Positions 1 to 8,913 of a DNA stretch of 64,000 bases are shown here, piece after piece (position 1 is the first letter of the stretch; each line of letters begins with the position of its first letter). Under the pieces are notes generated by a model. That model searched no databases. It was not told where the DNA came from and was given only the letters and a program-made list of their open reading frames with translations. The stretch is from an uncultured Bacillota bacterium (GTDB lineage Bacteria; Sysuimicrobiota; Sysuimicrobiia; Sysuimicrobiales; Segetimicrobiaceae), in assembly GCA_963804645.1 (NCBI GenBank), contig CAWDRG010000009.1:608001-672000 (forward strand), given 5' to 3'. A program made the position numbers and the translations under genes.

Positions 1-1393
1 CGGTCGTGCGGCCCGCGTCCAGCAGGCGGTCGACCTCCGGGTTGGCAAAGTGCACCCGGTTCGTGCTGGACATGCGGCCGCTGTTAAAGAAGTAGTACAG
101 GATGTCGGCGTCGGGCCAGCCGTAGCTGATGAGGAGTGCGTCCTGCGCGCCCGAGGCGGTGCGCGCGAGCAGCGCGGCGGGGTCCATCTGCTCGATGCTC
201 ATGCGCACGCCGACCTTCTGGAGTTCGGTCTGGATGACGACGGCGATCCTGACGTTCGTCTCGAGCGCGTACGTCCACACCGAGAACGCCAGCGGCTGAC
301 CGTCCTTCTGGAGCACGCCGCCGGGGCCCGGCTTCCATCCCGCTTCCGCGAGCAGCTGGCGCGCGCGGTCGGGGTCGTAGTGGTACGCGTTCTTGAGCCC
401 CTTCGCGTATCCCCAGATCGTGGGCGCGAGCGGGCTGTCCATCGGGACGGCGAGCTTGTTGAGGGCGTAGTCCACGACCTCGTCCCGGTTGATCGCCCAG
501 CCGAGCGCCTGCCGCACCCGGACGTCGGAGAAGATCGGCTTGGTGACGTTCAGGCCGAGGTACAGACCGCCGTCCGTCGGGGTGCGGATCACCTGATACT
601 TTCCGCTCGCGATCAGCTGCGGCGCCTGGTCCGCCGGCGCGGCCGGCAGGATGTCGAGGTCGCCGCGCTGGAACGCGATCACCCGCGTCGATTCGTCGGG
701 GATGATGCGCGTGACGACCGAATCGACGTAGGGCGCCCCGCGGTTCTTATAGAACTTCGGCGCCCACGCGTAGTCGGGATCGCGGTCGAGCACGATGCGG
801 TCGCCCGGGATCCACTGCCGGAACTTGTACGGGCCCGCTCCCACCGGGTTCTGCCCGTAGTTCGGGCCGAGCTTGGCGATGGCCGCCGGGGAGAGCATGC
901 CGAGGAAGACGATGCGCAGCGACGAGAAGATCGGGGCGTAGGGCTGCTTGAAGACGAACCGGGCCGTGAGGTCGTCGGGGGTCTCCACCCGGTCGATCGG
1001 GCCGATCCAGCTGGCGCCCGGCGCGCCCGTCTGCGGGTCGATCAACCGCTCGATCGTGGCGCGCACGGCCTGCGCGTTGAACGGCGTCCCGTCGTGAAAC
1101 TTCACCCCGGGATGCAGCTTGAACGTGATCACGAGGCCGTTCTGCGAGATCGTCCACGAATCGGCCAGGTCCGCGACGAAATCGCCGGTGCTCTTGTCGG
1201 CGGTGACAAGCTCATCGTACAGCAGCGCGTGGATGAACGACCCCGAGGGCGTCTTGTGCGGATCGAGCGACGGCGGATCGGAGTCGGTCACGAGGTTCAG
1301 GGTCCCGCCCCGGACCGGCGCCCCCACCCCGGGCGCGGCCGCGGCGAGGGCCAGGACAAGCACGAGCAGGCAAGCCAGACGCATGCGCAGCAC
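1..1393 (-). CDS. ABC transporter substrate-binding protein, family 5 (peptide/nickel); runs off the window edge
   Basis: Not in the ORF track. Manual translation: GAGGAGG RBS, GTG start, signal peptide, then GGTLNLVTDSDPPSLDPH...LADSWTIS...FKLHPGVKFHDGTPFNAQAV (SBP_bac_5 signature). Confidence 0.9.
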   Translation of the reverse strand, partial: MLRMRLACLLVLVLALAAAAPGVGAPVRGGTLNLVTDSDPPSLDPHKTPSGSFIHALLYDELVTADKSTGDFVADLADSWTISQNGLVITFKLHPGVKFHDGTPFNAQAVRATIERLIDPQTGAPGASWIGPIDRVETPDDLTARFVFKQPYAPIFSSLRIVFLGMLSPAAIAKLGPNYGQNPVGAGPYKFRQWIPGDRIVLDRDPDYAWAPKFYKNRGAPYVDSVVTRIIPDESTRVIAFQRGDLDILPAAPADQAPQLIASGKYQVIRTPTDGGLYLGLNVTKPIFSDVRVRQALGWAINRDEVVDYALNKLAVPMDSPLAPTIWGYAKGLKNAYHYDPDRARQLLAEAGWKPGPGGVLQKDGQPLAFSVWTYALETNVRIAVVIQTELQKVGVRMSIEQMDPAALLARTASGAQDALLISYGWPDADILYYFFNSGRMSSTNRVHFANPEVDRLLDAGRTT

Positions 1394-1532
1394 GGTGACG
1401 TCCTCCTCGATCGGCCGCGGCATCACTCGCATGGATCCCGGCGCGGCACGACACTGCCCACGCCGGACTTCTGTGACGCCGTCCTATCCCCTGCGTTGCG
1501 TCACGACGCCAGCCCCGGATGCGAGCCCGCCG

Positions 1533-2813
1533 TCATGAGTCGGCGGTTGCGCCGCGCTGAAGGCTCCGTCCATCCATCCCGGGGGCCGGGAGATCGAGGT
1601 GATGCAGGACAGTCGGCGCGATGTCGACGAGCGACGTGGGCTCGAGTCTGGTGGTGCCCGCCTCAAAGCCGGGGCCTTCGATCATCAGGAACGGCGACTG
1701 CTCGTACCGGGCGAGACCGCCGTGCTGACCATAGCCGAAGCGATCCGGCTTCCCTTCCCGGGGCTTGGCCGCAAGACTGGTGCCCGGTACCCCGTACTGA
1801 TTGGCGCCGTCGCTGGCCCGCATCGAGACGGCAAAGGCCAAGCCGTGTCGGGGCGCCTGGCCCACCTCGTGGAGTTCGTCCGCGGGGATGACGCGGCCGG
1901 CCCAGTCACAGCCGACGAGGAACGTGCGCAGTTCCGGCAGCCGCTCACGACGGCTGGGATGCACGTAGACGAGGGCAGCGGTCCCGTTGGCCGCCGAGAT
2001 GACGTCCCCGGACGCCGGACCGGCCTTGAGGCCGGCCTCGACGAGCTTCGCTTCCACGTCCACCACGCCCACGACCGTTTGATGGCCGTGGTCGGCGCCG
2101 GTGACGAGCAAGACGTCGTCGCCGGCCTCCCGGAGTTTGTCGACCGCGTCGATCACCCACCCGACATGTTCGTCGGTCTGCCGCAGGACCGCGAGGTGCT
2201 CGGGAGAGCCCAGCGCCGCGGCGTGCTGCGTCTTGTCCGGCTCATGCAGCCACAGGACGGCAAGCGCGGGCCGCCGCTCTATGAGGATCTCCGTGATGAA
2301 ACGGCGCGCAACCATCCGGTCGCCGGCGAGATCGGACGTGCTCCGCAGCGCGTCGGCGTCAGGGACCGGGATGCGCCCCGGCCCGAATGAGCCCGCGTGA
2401 TTGTACACGAACCCATATCCATCCGGGTCATGCACGTACGCGGCGCCGGGGGAGGCGTTGCTCATCGTGATCGCACCGCCGCGGTGCTGCACGCGCTCGG
2501 CCAGCGTGGGGACGCCGAGCGACGTCCCGGTGACGCGGCGCTTCTGCTGGAGGAAGTCCGGGCGCCCGGTGTCGTAGCGCACCAGGACACCGTCCTCCAG
2601 GAGTGCCAAGGAATTGCCCTGGAGTTCATGCCGCGCCGGCTGGCAACCGGTCGCGACGCTGGCCGACGCGACGCGCGTCGCGGAGGGGAACACCGAACGA
2701 TGCATCATGAACTGGACCGCACGGCGGCGAAACCCTGCGAGGCGCGGCGTGTACCCCTCGGTCACAAGATCTCGCCGCATCCCGTCCGTGATGACGACGA
2801 CCACGCGTTTCAT
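1533..2813 (-). CDS. Alkaline phosphatase superfamily / nucleotide pyrophosphatase-phosphodiesterase
   Basis: VVITDGMRRD, FPSATRV (Thr nucleophile), HEPDKTQH, GADHGH, GQHGG metal-binding motifs. Confidence 0.85.
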   Translation of the reverse strand: MKRVVVVITDGMRRDLVTEGYTPRLAGFRRRAVQFMMHRSVFPSATRVASASVATGCQPARHELQGNSLALLEDGVLVRYDTGRPDFLQQKRRVTGTSLGVPTLAERVQHRGGAITMSNASPGAAYVHDPDGYGFVYNHAGSFGPGRIPVPDADALRSTSDLAGDRMVARRFITEILIERRPALAVLWLHEPDKTQHAAALGSPEHLAVLRQTDEHVGWVIDAVDKLREAGDDVLLVTGADHGHQTVVGVVDVEAKLVEAGLKAGPASGDVISAANGTAALVYVHPSRRERLPELRTFLVGCDWAGRVIPADELHEVGQAPRHGLAFAVSMRASDGANQYGVPGTSLAAKPREGKPDRFGYGQHGGLARYEQSPFLMIEGPGFEAGTTRLEPTSLVDIAPTVLHHLDLPAPGMDGRSLQRGATADS

Positions 2814-2886
2814 CTCCCACCGGGTTCGACCTGCGGCCTCTCCGGGTCCTGCGCCGCGTCCCCGCGGACCCGGACGACCACCATTG

Positions 2887-2941
2887 GTTAATCGTCCCTT
2901 CACGCGCGCTGCGGCTCGCCATCACGCACGGTTAACATGCC
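2887..2941. promoter_or_regulatory. PHO-box-like 11-bp periodic direct repeats in a divergent promoter
   Basis: GTTAAT (2887), CTTCAC (2898), CATCAC (2920), GTTAAC (2931) in exact 11-nt register between two phosphoesterase genes. Confidence 0.5.
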
Positions 2942-3001
2942 GTGCGTACCGTGTCCGTGAGCAGGCTCCACGCCCTGCGACGCCAACGAACGGGGGGCCA
3001 C

Positions 3002-4459
3002 GTGCGTAGACTAGCGGCGGTCGGCGTCATCGCGATCCTGGCCTTACTGGTGGGCGCGCCCACCAGCGCGGCGGTGCCTGATCTTCAGACGGCGACGCCA
3101 ATCAAGCACCTCGTCGTCATCTTTGACGAAAACAACTCATTCGACCATTACTTCGGCACCTATCCGAAGGCGGACAATCCGCCGGGCGAGCCGCCGTTTG
3201 TAGCCCGGCCCGACACTCCGGCGGTCAATGGACTCACACCGGGCCTGCTGACGCACAATCCCAACGCGGCGGCGCCGTTTCGACTGGGCCGCTCCATGGC
3301 GCACACCTGCGACAACGACAACCACTACCGGGACGAGCAGCAGGCCTACAACGCCGGGCTCCTCGACGGGTTCACCGCACTGAGCGCGCAGGATACCGGG
3401 TGCACGCCGAATCTGTCGATGGGTTACTACGACGGCAACACGGTCACCGCGCTGTGGAACTACGCGCAGCGCTTCGCGATGAGCGACAACTTTTTCGCGT
3501 CCACGTTCGGGACGACGACCATGGGGCACCTGAACCTCGTCGCGGGACAGACGCACGGCGCGGTCCCGGCCTCGATCCCGAACGCGGTCGTGAACGGCTC
3601 GGTGATCGGAAACGTCAACCCCGCCCAGGACGACTGCGCGACCGGCGCCACGGTCGTGATGAACAACCGGACGATCGGCGATCTCTTGAGCGCGCGCGGG
3701 ATTTCGTGGGGCTGGTTCTACAACGGATGGGCTGCGACCGGCGTCCGCGACGGCAAGGCGGTGTGCCGCGCCGATTACAACTCGCACTTTGTGCCGTTCC
3801 AGTACTACGCCTCGACCGCGAACCCCCATCATCTGCCGCCCTCCGCAGTTGGTGCGATCGGACAGACCGACCAGGCCAACCATCAGTACGATGTTACGGA
3901 TTTCTGGCGCGCCGCCGCACAGGGAGCCCTGCCGGCGGTGAGCTTTCTCAAGGCGCAGGTCAACGAAACCGGTCACCCAGATGACTCAACCCCGCTCGCC
4001 GAGCAGCGGTTTCTGGTCGACACCCTGAACCGCCTGCAGCGGACCAGCGCATGGGCCTCCATGGCGGTCCTGATCACCTACGACGATTCCGACGGCTGGT
4101 ACGACCACGTCATGCCGCCGATCATGAGCCGCTCGAACGACCCCGCTCAGGACGCGCTGTTCGGCCCCCAGAAGCTGTGCGGGACGCCGCCGGCCGGCGC
4201 CTACCTGGACCGGTGCGGCTACGGTCCGCGCCTGCCGCTTCTGGTGATTTCGCCGTTTGCGCGGAGCAACTACGTCGGGCACACGATGGCGGACGTCGGG
4301 TCGATTCTGCGGCTGATCGAAGACAACTGGGGTCTCGGCCGCCTCGGCGACCAGTCGTTCGACGCGATCGCCGGATCGCTCCTCGACCTGTTCCGCTTCG
4401 GCGGTCCGAGCACCGCGCGGCTGTTCCTCGATCCGGACACCGGAGAGCCGACTCCCTGA
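3002..4459 (+). CDS. Secreted phosphoesterase (phospholipase C / acid phosphatase AcpA family)
   Basis: Signal peptide; IKHLVVIFDENNSFDHYFG, TYDDSDGWYDHV, GYGPRLPLLVISP motifs. Confidence 0.9.
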   Translation: MRRLAAVGVIAILALLVGAPTSAAVPDLQTATPIKHLVVIFDENNSFDHYFGTYPKADNPPGEPPFVARPDTPAVNGLTPGLLTHNPNAAAPFRLGRSMAHTCDNDNHYRDEQQAYNAGLLDGFTALSAQDTGCTPNLSMGYYDGNTVTALWNYAQRFAMSDNFFASTFGTTTMGHLNLVAGQTHGAVPASIPNAVVNGSVIGNVNPAQDDCATGATVVMNNRTIGDLLSARGISWGWFYNGWAATGVRDGKAVCRADYNSHFVPFQYYASTANPHHLPPSAVGAIGQTDQANHQYDVTDFWRAAAQGALPAVSFLKAQVNETGHPDDSTPLAEQRFLVDTLNRLQRTSAWASMAVLITYDDSDGWYDHVMPPIMSRSNDPAQDALFGPQKLCGTPPAGAYLDRCGYGPRLPLLVISPFARSNYVGHTMADVGSILRLIEDNWGLGRLGDQSFDAIAGSLLDLFRFGGPSTARLFLDPDTGEPTP

Positions 4460-4564
4460 CCCGGACGACGCCGGCCGCGCGCGCCGCCCAGGAGCGCCCC
4501 GTCGTGCTTCCGAAGTAGCGGAAGCGTCGGTGCGCGCGCCGGTCGCGTGCACGGGGAGGGTCGC

Positions 4565-6310
4565 ATGACGGTGCTGCTGGATACACGGGTCCCGAGGACG
4601 CTCGATCACCTGCTGACTCAACTGACGGACGATGCGCTGCGCGGCGCGCGCGTGGAAGCCTGGCTCTTCGAGGGAGCGGCGCGGCGGCGGGCCGCCGAGC
4701 ATCGTCTCGCGGCCGCCGGCGTGCGCGCGCAGGTGCGCAGCGCCTATAAACCGCTGCTGCACTTTTTTCTCGAAGAGGTCGAGACCGCCGGGCTGCGGCA
4801 CGTGACGATCCGGTACCCCGTCTGCGAGCCGGCGGCCAGTGGCCGGTTCCTCGTCGAGGCCTATCCCCTCGCGCCGCTGCTGGCGGGCGTCGACACGCGG
4901 TTCGTCGCCGGCGGACCCGCCCTCTCCTATCACGTCGAGCTCGACTACCACGATGGCACGGCGGCCGCGCACGACGTCTTCGTGCCGAGCCGCGTCCGGG
5001 AGGACCATCTCGGCGAGCGCCGGCTGTCGCCGACCGGGTGGCTTCGAATCACGGGATCGCGAGGTGGGCGGCGCGACGTCGATGAGTCGCTCGAGACCGA
5101 CTATGAGACGATCTTTCGCACCATCATCGAGGCGATCCAGGCGCATCCGTGGGGGCCGCGAGAGCCCCAGTTCGACCAGTTGGTGATCAGGACAGAGATC
5201 CCCGGCGAGGAGCGGCGGCTGCCGTACTACGAAGAGTGCGTCAGCACGGGCGAGGCGATGCACGAAGACCTGTACTTTTCGGTGCTCGAGGTGTTCAAGC
5301 ACCGCGCCGGCCGCCCGGTCGACGACCGCAAGACACGGCCCGGACAGATCGTGCCCGACGTCCACTACACCGACGGCGAGCCGCGGGCGCGCGTCGCGCT
5401 CGAACCATTCGCCGTGGCCGAACCGGCGCTTCCCGCCGTTCCGCTCGAGACGGCCGCCCAGGCGCTGAGTCTCGAGCGGGCCCACGCGGAGCTGGCGGCG
5501 CTTGGCGGACGCCGATTCTCTGCGACCTCACGGCAGGGCCGCGCGGTGCCCGGGATCTACCGCGCCGGGACGCGCCCGGCGATCGTCGTGACCGCCGGCC
5601 AGCATGCGAATGAGACCTCCGGGGTCGTCGGGGCACTTCGAGCGGCGCGCAGGCTCGCCGAGGACCCCGGGGCGAATTTCGCGGTGATCCCGGTGGAGAA
5701 TCCGGACGGGTACGCGCTCCATCGGCAGCTGTGCGCGATCCATCCGCGGCACATGCACCACGCGGCCCGGTACACCGCGTTCGGCGACGACCTGCAATCG
5801 CGCACGGAGGAGCCGTGGCACGAGAAGGCCGCCCGGCTGGAGGCGTGCCGCCTGAGCGGCGCGACGCTGCACATCAACCTGCACGGGTATCCGGCGCACG
5901 AGTGGACCCGGCCGCTGACCGGCTACCTGCCGCGCGGCTTCGACGCCTTCGCGATCCCGAAGGGGTTCTATCTGATCGTGCGGCACCACCCGGACTGGGC
6001 CGACCGCGCCGTCCTGCTTCGGACCCGGCTCACGGAGCGGCTCGCGCGCATTCCCGAGCTCGTCGCGTTCAACCGGGCGCAGCTCGCGAGCTACCGCGCG
6101 CACGCGGGGGAACCGCCGTTTCCCGTCTACCACGACCTGCCGTGTCACACGGTCGAGGACGAGCGCGCCGCCACCCCGCTGCTGTTGATCACCGAGTTCC
6201 CGGACGAGACGATCTACGGTGATCTGTTTGCGCTCGCACACACGGTGCAGATGCACACCGTCCTCGCCGCGGAGGAGATCCACGCGGCGCTCGATCGCCC
6301 GGCGGGGTAG
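4565..6310 (+). CDS. Peptidase M14-like zinc carboxypeptidase/deacylase
   Basis: GQHANETSG (HxxE), ENPDG, INLHGYP, C-terminal ITEFPDE. Confidence 0.8.
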   Translation: MTVLLDTRVPRTLDHLLTQLTDDALRGARVEAWLFEGAARRRAAEHRLAAAGVRAQVRSAYKPLLHFFLEEVETAGLRHVTIRYPVCEPAASGRFLVEAYPLAPLLAGVDTRFVAGGPALSYHVELDYHDGTAAAHDVFVPSRVREDHLGERRLSPTGWLRITGSRGGRRDVDESLETDYETIFRTIIEAIQAHPWGPREPQFDQLVIRTEIPGEERRLPYYEECVSTGEAMHEDLYFSVLEVFKHRAGRPVDDRKTRPGQIVPDVHYTDGEPRARVALEPFAVAEPALPAVPLETAAQALSLERAHAELAALGGRRFSATSRQGRAVPGIYRAGTRPAIVVTAGQHANETSGVVGALRAARRLAEDPGANFAVIPVENPDGYALHRQLCAIHPRHMHHAARYTAFGDDLQSRTEEPWHEKAARLEACRLSGATLHINLHGYPAHEWTRPLTGYLPRGFDAFAIPKGFYLIVRHHPDWADRAVLLRTRLTERLARIPELVAFNRAQLASYRAHAGEPPFPVYHDLPCHTVEDERAATPLLLITEFPDETIYGDLFALAHTVQMHTVLAAEEIHAALDRPAG

Positions 6311-6323
6311 CGCGGGCGCGGCG

Positions 6324-6713
6324 CTATTTCTCCAGCAGCGCCTTCATCGGCTGCCAGTAGGCGTGGGGCCATCCCTTTTTCTTCGCGCTGTAGTCCTTGT
6401 CGGGAACGCCGACCTGGGTGAACCGCAGGCGGGTGCCGCCGGGCACCTTGGTCAGCTCGTACGTCACCGTGGAATAGTGAAACTTCGGCCAGTTGGCGGA
6501 CCGCCAGAACTGGACGATCTTCTTCCCGGGCACGAGCTCGAGGTTGGCGCCGCTGAGGTAGCTGCCGTAGGCGGTGAAGGCGCCGCCGGGCTTGCGGCTG
6601 ATGCGCGCCGGGCGGCCGCTGAACTTGGCGTGCGTCCGCGAGTCCATCAACGCCTCGTAGACCGCGGTCGGGCTCGCCTTGATCGTGACGGTCTGGCGGA
6701 TCGTTTTCGGCAT
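6324..6713 (-). CDS. SRPBCC / Aha1-like domain protein
   Basis: MPKTIRQTVTIKASPTAVYEAL...ELVPGKKIVQFWR...GWPHAYW; GGAGG RBS. Confidence 0.85.
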   Translation of the reverse strand: MPKTIRQTVTIKASPTAVYEALMDSRTHAKFSGRPARISRKPGGAFTAYGSYLSGANLELVPGKKIVQFWRSANWPKFHYSTVTYELTKVPGGTRLRFTQVGVPDKDYSAKKKGWPHAYWQPMKALLEK

Positions 6714-6890
6714 CGAATCGCCTCCGTGGATGTGTGCGCGGAAACGGGCGCGAGCGGCCGCCCGGCGTTCCTCACCGGATACTTCGCGCCTTCCGCCGGG
6801 TCGTCCCCTGCGTCGCCGGAGCGGCGGCCGGAGAGATCGACCGTCGACGGCGCCGGAGATCGGAGGCACGGCGTGCCGCGGCGACCGGTC

Positions 6891-8060
6891 TCACCCGCAC
6901 GCCTCGCCGCCCGCGCGCCCGGCATGGTGCACGCTGCTCACCATCTCGTAGAACTGGTCGGCGAGGGCCCGGGCGCCAAACCGCTCCGCCACGCGCGCCT
7001 GCAGGAGGCGCAGCCGGTCGTCCGGCGGCGGCGCGTCCCTGAGCGCCCTCAGCCGGGCGGCGAGCGCCCCCTTGGCGGACAGATCCGCGAGCCAGGGCCC
7101 GTCCTCGAGCACAAACCGCCCCGCGGCGTGACGATGGCAGATGATCGGGACGCCGGCCATCGCGGCTTCGATCAGCGCCAGCGACAGCCCCTCGTACAGG
7201 CTCGGCAGGACGAACACATTCGAGATCGCCAGGACCCGTCTTACGTCCTCGGGGGCGAGGGTCAGCCAGCGCACGTTCGGGCCGAGTTTGTCGCGGGCCA
7301 GCGTCTTCAGCGCGTCCGTCCCCGGCTCGGGGTGCCCGCACAAGACAAGCTTCAGAGATGGATCGCGCAGTGCCGCGGCCTCCTCGATCAGGTAATCGAG
7401 GCGCTTCTGGTAGCTGTTCCAGGCCGCGACGCACACGACGATCCAGTCGTCGTCGGCGAACTGCATCTCGCGCCGGAGCTCCCGAGGAGACTCCGCGGGA
7501 GCGGTGTACGGCACGTAGTGCGGCAGCACCCGCATCTTCGCCGCGTCGACGCCCGCCCGCACGCCGAGCGCCAGCGCGTCCGGGTGCATCTGCTGGATGA
7601 GGTCGAAGGCGCGATAGTCGTGCGGGGGAAACACGCTGTTGGCGAAGACGATCTTGAACTTGAGGCGCAGGAGCTCGCGGCTGGAGGCCAGCACGCGCCC
7701 GAGCAACAGGTCCTGGACCCAGACCACGTCCGGCCGCCACGACCACAGCTTGGGGATGAACCCGAGACCGAAGGTGCGCTGTTCGACGCGGTAGCAGAAT
7801 CGCCAGAGCCGCGGCGCATTCAGCGAGCGCACCGCGCCGAGCGGTGAGCGCAGCAGGCGATCGCGCGCGATGTTCCACACGGGCTCCGCGTCCGGAAACG
7901 CGCCACCGCTGAACAGCTTGACGCGCAGCCTGCGGTCGGAGGACAGCGCCGCGTGCCACCGGGCCGTCGCGATCTCAAACCCTCGCTGCACGTGGCCCAA
8001 CCCGCAGCTCACCAGCGCGAGTTTGATCGGCCGCGCGTGGGAGCCGGCGGACATCGGCAT
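6891..8060 (-). CDS. Glycosyltransferase family 4 (GT-B)
   Basis: RGFE near N-terminus, YQKRLDYLIE, VFVLPSLYEGLSLALIEAAMAGVPII (Ex7E motif); start approximate (8060 or 8054). Confidence 0.9.
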   Translation of the reverse strand: MPMSAGSHARPIKLALVSCGLGHVQRGFEIATARWHAALSSDRRLRVKLFSGGAFPDAEPVWNIARDRLLRSPLGAVRSLNAPRLWRFCYRVEQRTFGLGFIPKLWSWRPDVVWVQDLLLGRVLASSRELLRLKFKIVFANSVFPPHDYRAFDLIQQMHPDALALGVRAGVDAAKMRVLPHYVPYTAPAESPRELRREMQFADDDWIVVCVAAWNSYQKRLDYLIEEAAALRDPSLKLVLCGHPEPGTDALKTLARDKLGPNVRWLTLAPEDVRRVLAISNVFVLPSLYEGLSLALIEAAMAGVPIICHRHAAGRFVLEDGPWLADLSAKGALAARLRALRDAPPPDDRLRLLQARVAERFGARALADQFYEMVSSVHHAGRAGGEACG

Positions 8061-8205
8061 GACGCGGAGTACGGGAGCGTCCGCGCGGGTTCCTGTGCGC
8101 GGCAGGATGGCCGCCGGACGCGCCCGAAACGGGTACGCAGCGCACCGTCGGGACGATCGAGTCGGGCGCCCATGCCTCGATACGCAACCGGGAGTCCGAG
8201 AGCCG

Positions 8206-8913
8206 ATGCCACTGCAGCCGTCCAGCACCATCCGCCACGCGGATCTCGGCGATGTGATCGTGATTCTGGACCTCACCAGTGAGTCGTACCACGTCCTCGA
8301 TCCGGCGGCGCGGTCGATGTGGAATCATCTGCTGCGCCTGCCCGCCCGCGCCGACGTGCTCGCGGCACTCCAGCAGGAGTACGCCGTCGAGCCGTCGCGG
8401 TTGGAGGCCGACCTCGACGCGTTCGTGGAGCGCGTAGTCGCGCAGGGGTTTCTTGAGACGCGCGCGTCCGAGGCGCCGGTCGAGGGGCCGCCTCACGCGG
8501 CGCCCGCGAAGCGGGGCTGTCTCGCGTGGCGCGCGTGGCTGTGCCTTGCGATGACGGCTCGGTCCCTCGCCACCCGGGGATTCTCGTCCACGTACCTGCG
8601 GTATGCGCGTCTTCCGGCGCCGGCGACGCCCGCCGACGGCGACCGCGCGCAGGAGCTGCTGCGGCGCGGCGTGGCGGCGTTCCGGCGCGCGGAAGGCTTT
8701 TTCTACATGCGGAGGGCGCCCCAGGACTGCCTGCCGCGCTCCCTCGCGCTCTTCCGGTTCCTGCGGTCGCTTGGGCTTCCGGTCGAGCACCGCATCGGGG
8801 TGAAGCGGTTTCCGTTTACCGCGCACGCCTGGGTTGAGTTTCGGGACGCGGTGGTGCACGAGAGCGAGGCCGTCTGCCGGACCTTCACGCCCGTGGCGAC
8901 CCTGCCGTCGTGA
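8206..8913 (+). CDS. Lasso peptide maturation protein B, fused RRE (PqqD-like B1) + transglutaminase-like leader peptidase (B2)
   Basis: N-terminal VILDLTSESYHVLDPAARSMW...EADLDAFVERVVAQGFL (RRE); C-terminal DCLPRSLAL and IGVKRFPFTAHAWVE (catalytic Cys/His). Confidence 0.92.
   Translation: MPLQPSSTIRHADLGDVIVILDLTSESYHVLDPAARSMWNHLLRLPARADVLAALQQEYAVEPSRLEADLDAFVERVVAQGFLETRASEAPVEGPPHAAPAKRGCLAWRAWLCLAMTARSLATRGFSSTYLRYARLPAPATPADGDRAQELLRRGVAAFRRAEGFFYMRRAPQDCLPRSLALFRFLRSLGLPVEHRIGVKRFPFTAHAWVEFRDAVVHESEAVCRTFTPVATLPS

Noticed and set aside
50..1891. Long antisense or alternative-frame ORFs in the track (e.g. 50-1891, 19979-23161, 28361-31357, 50814-53579)
   Set aside because: These are Arg/Pro/Ala-rich shadows of real genes, expected at this GC content, with no family motifs.
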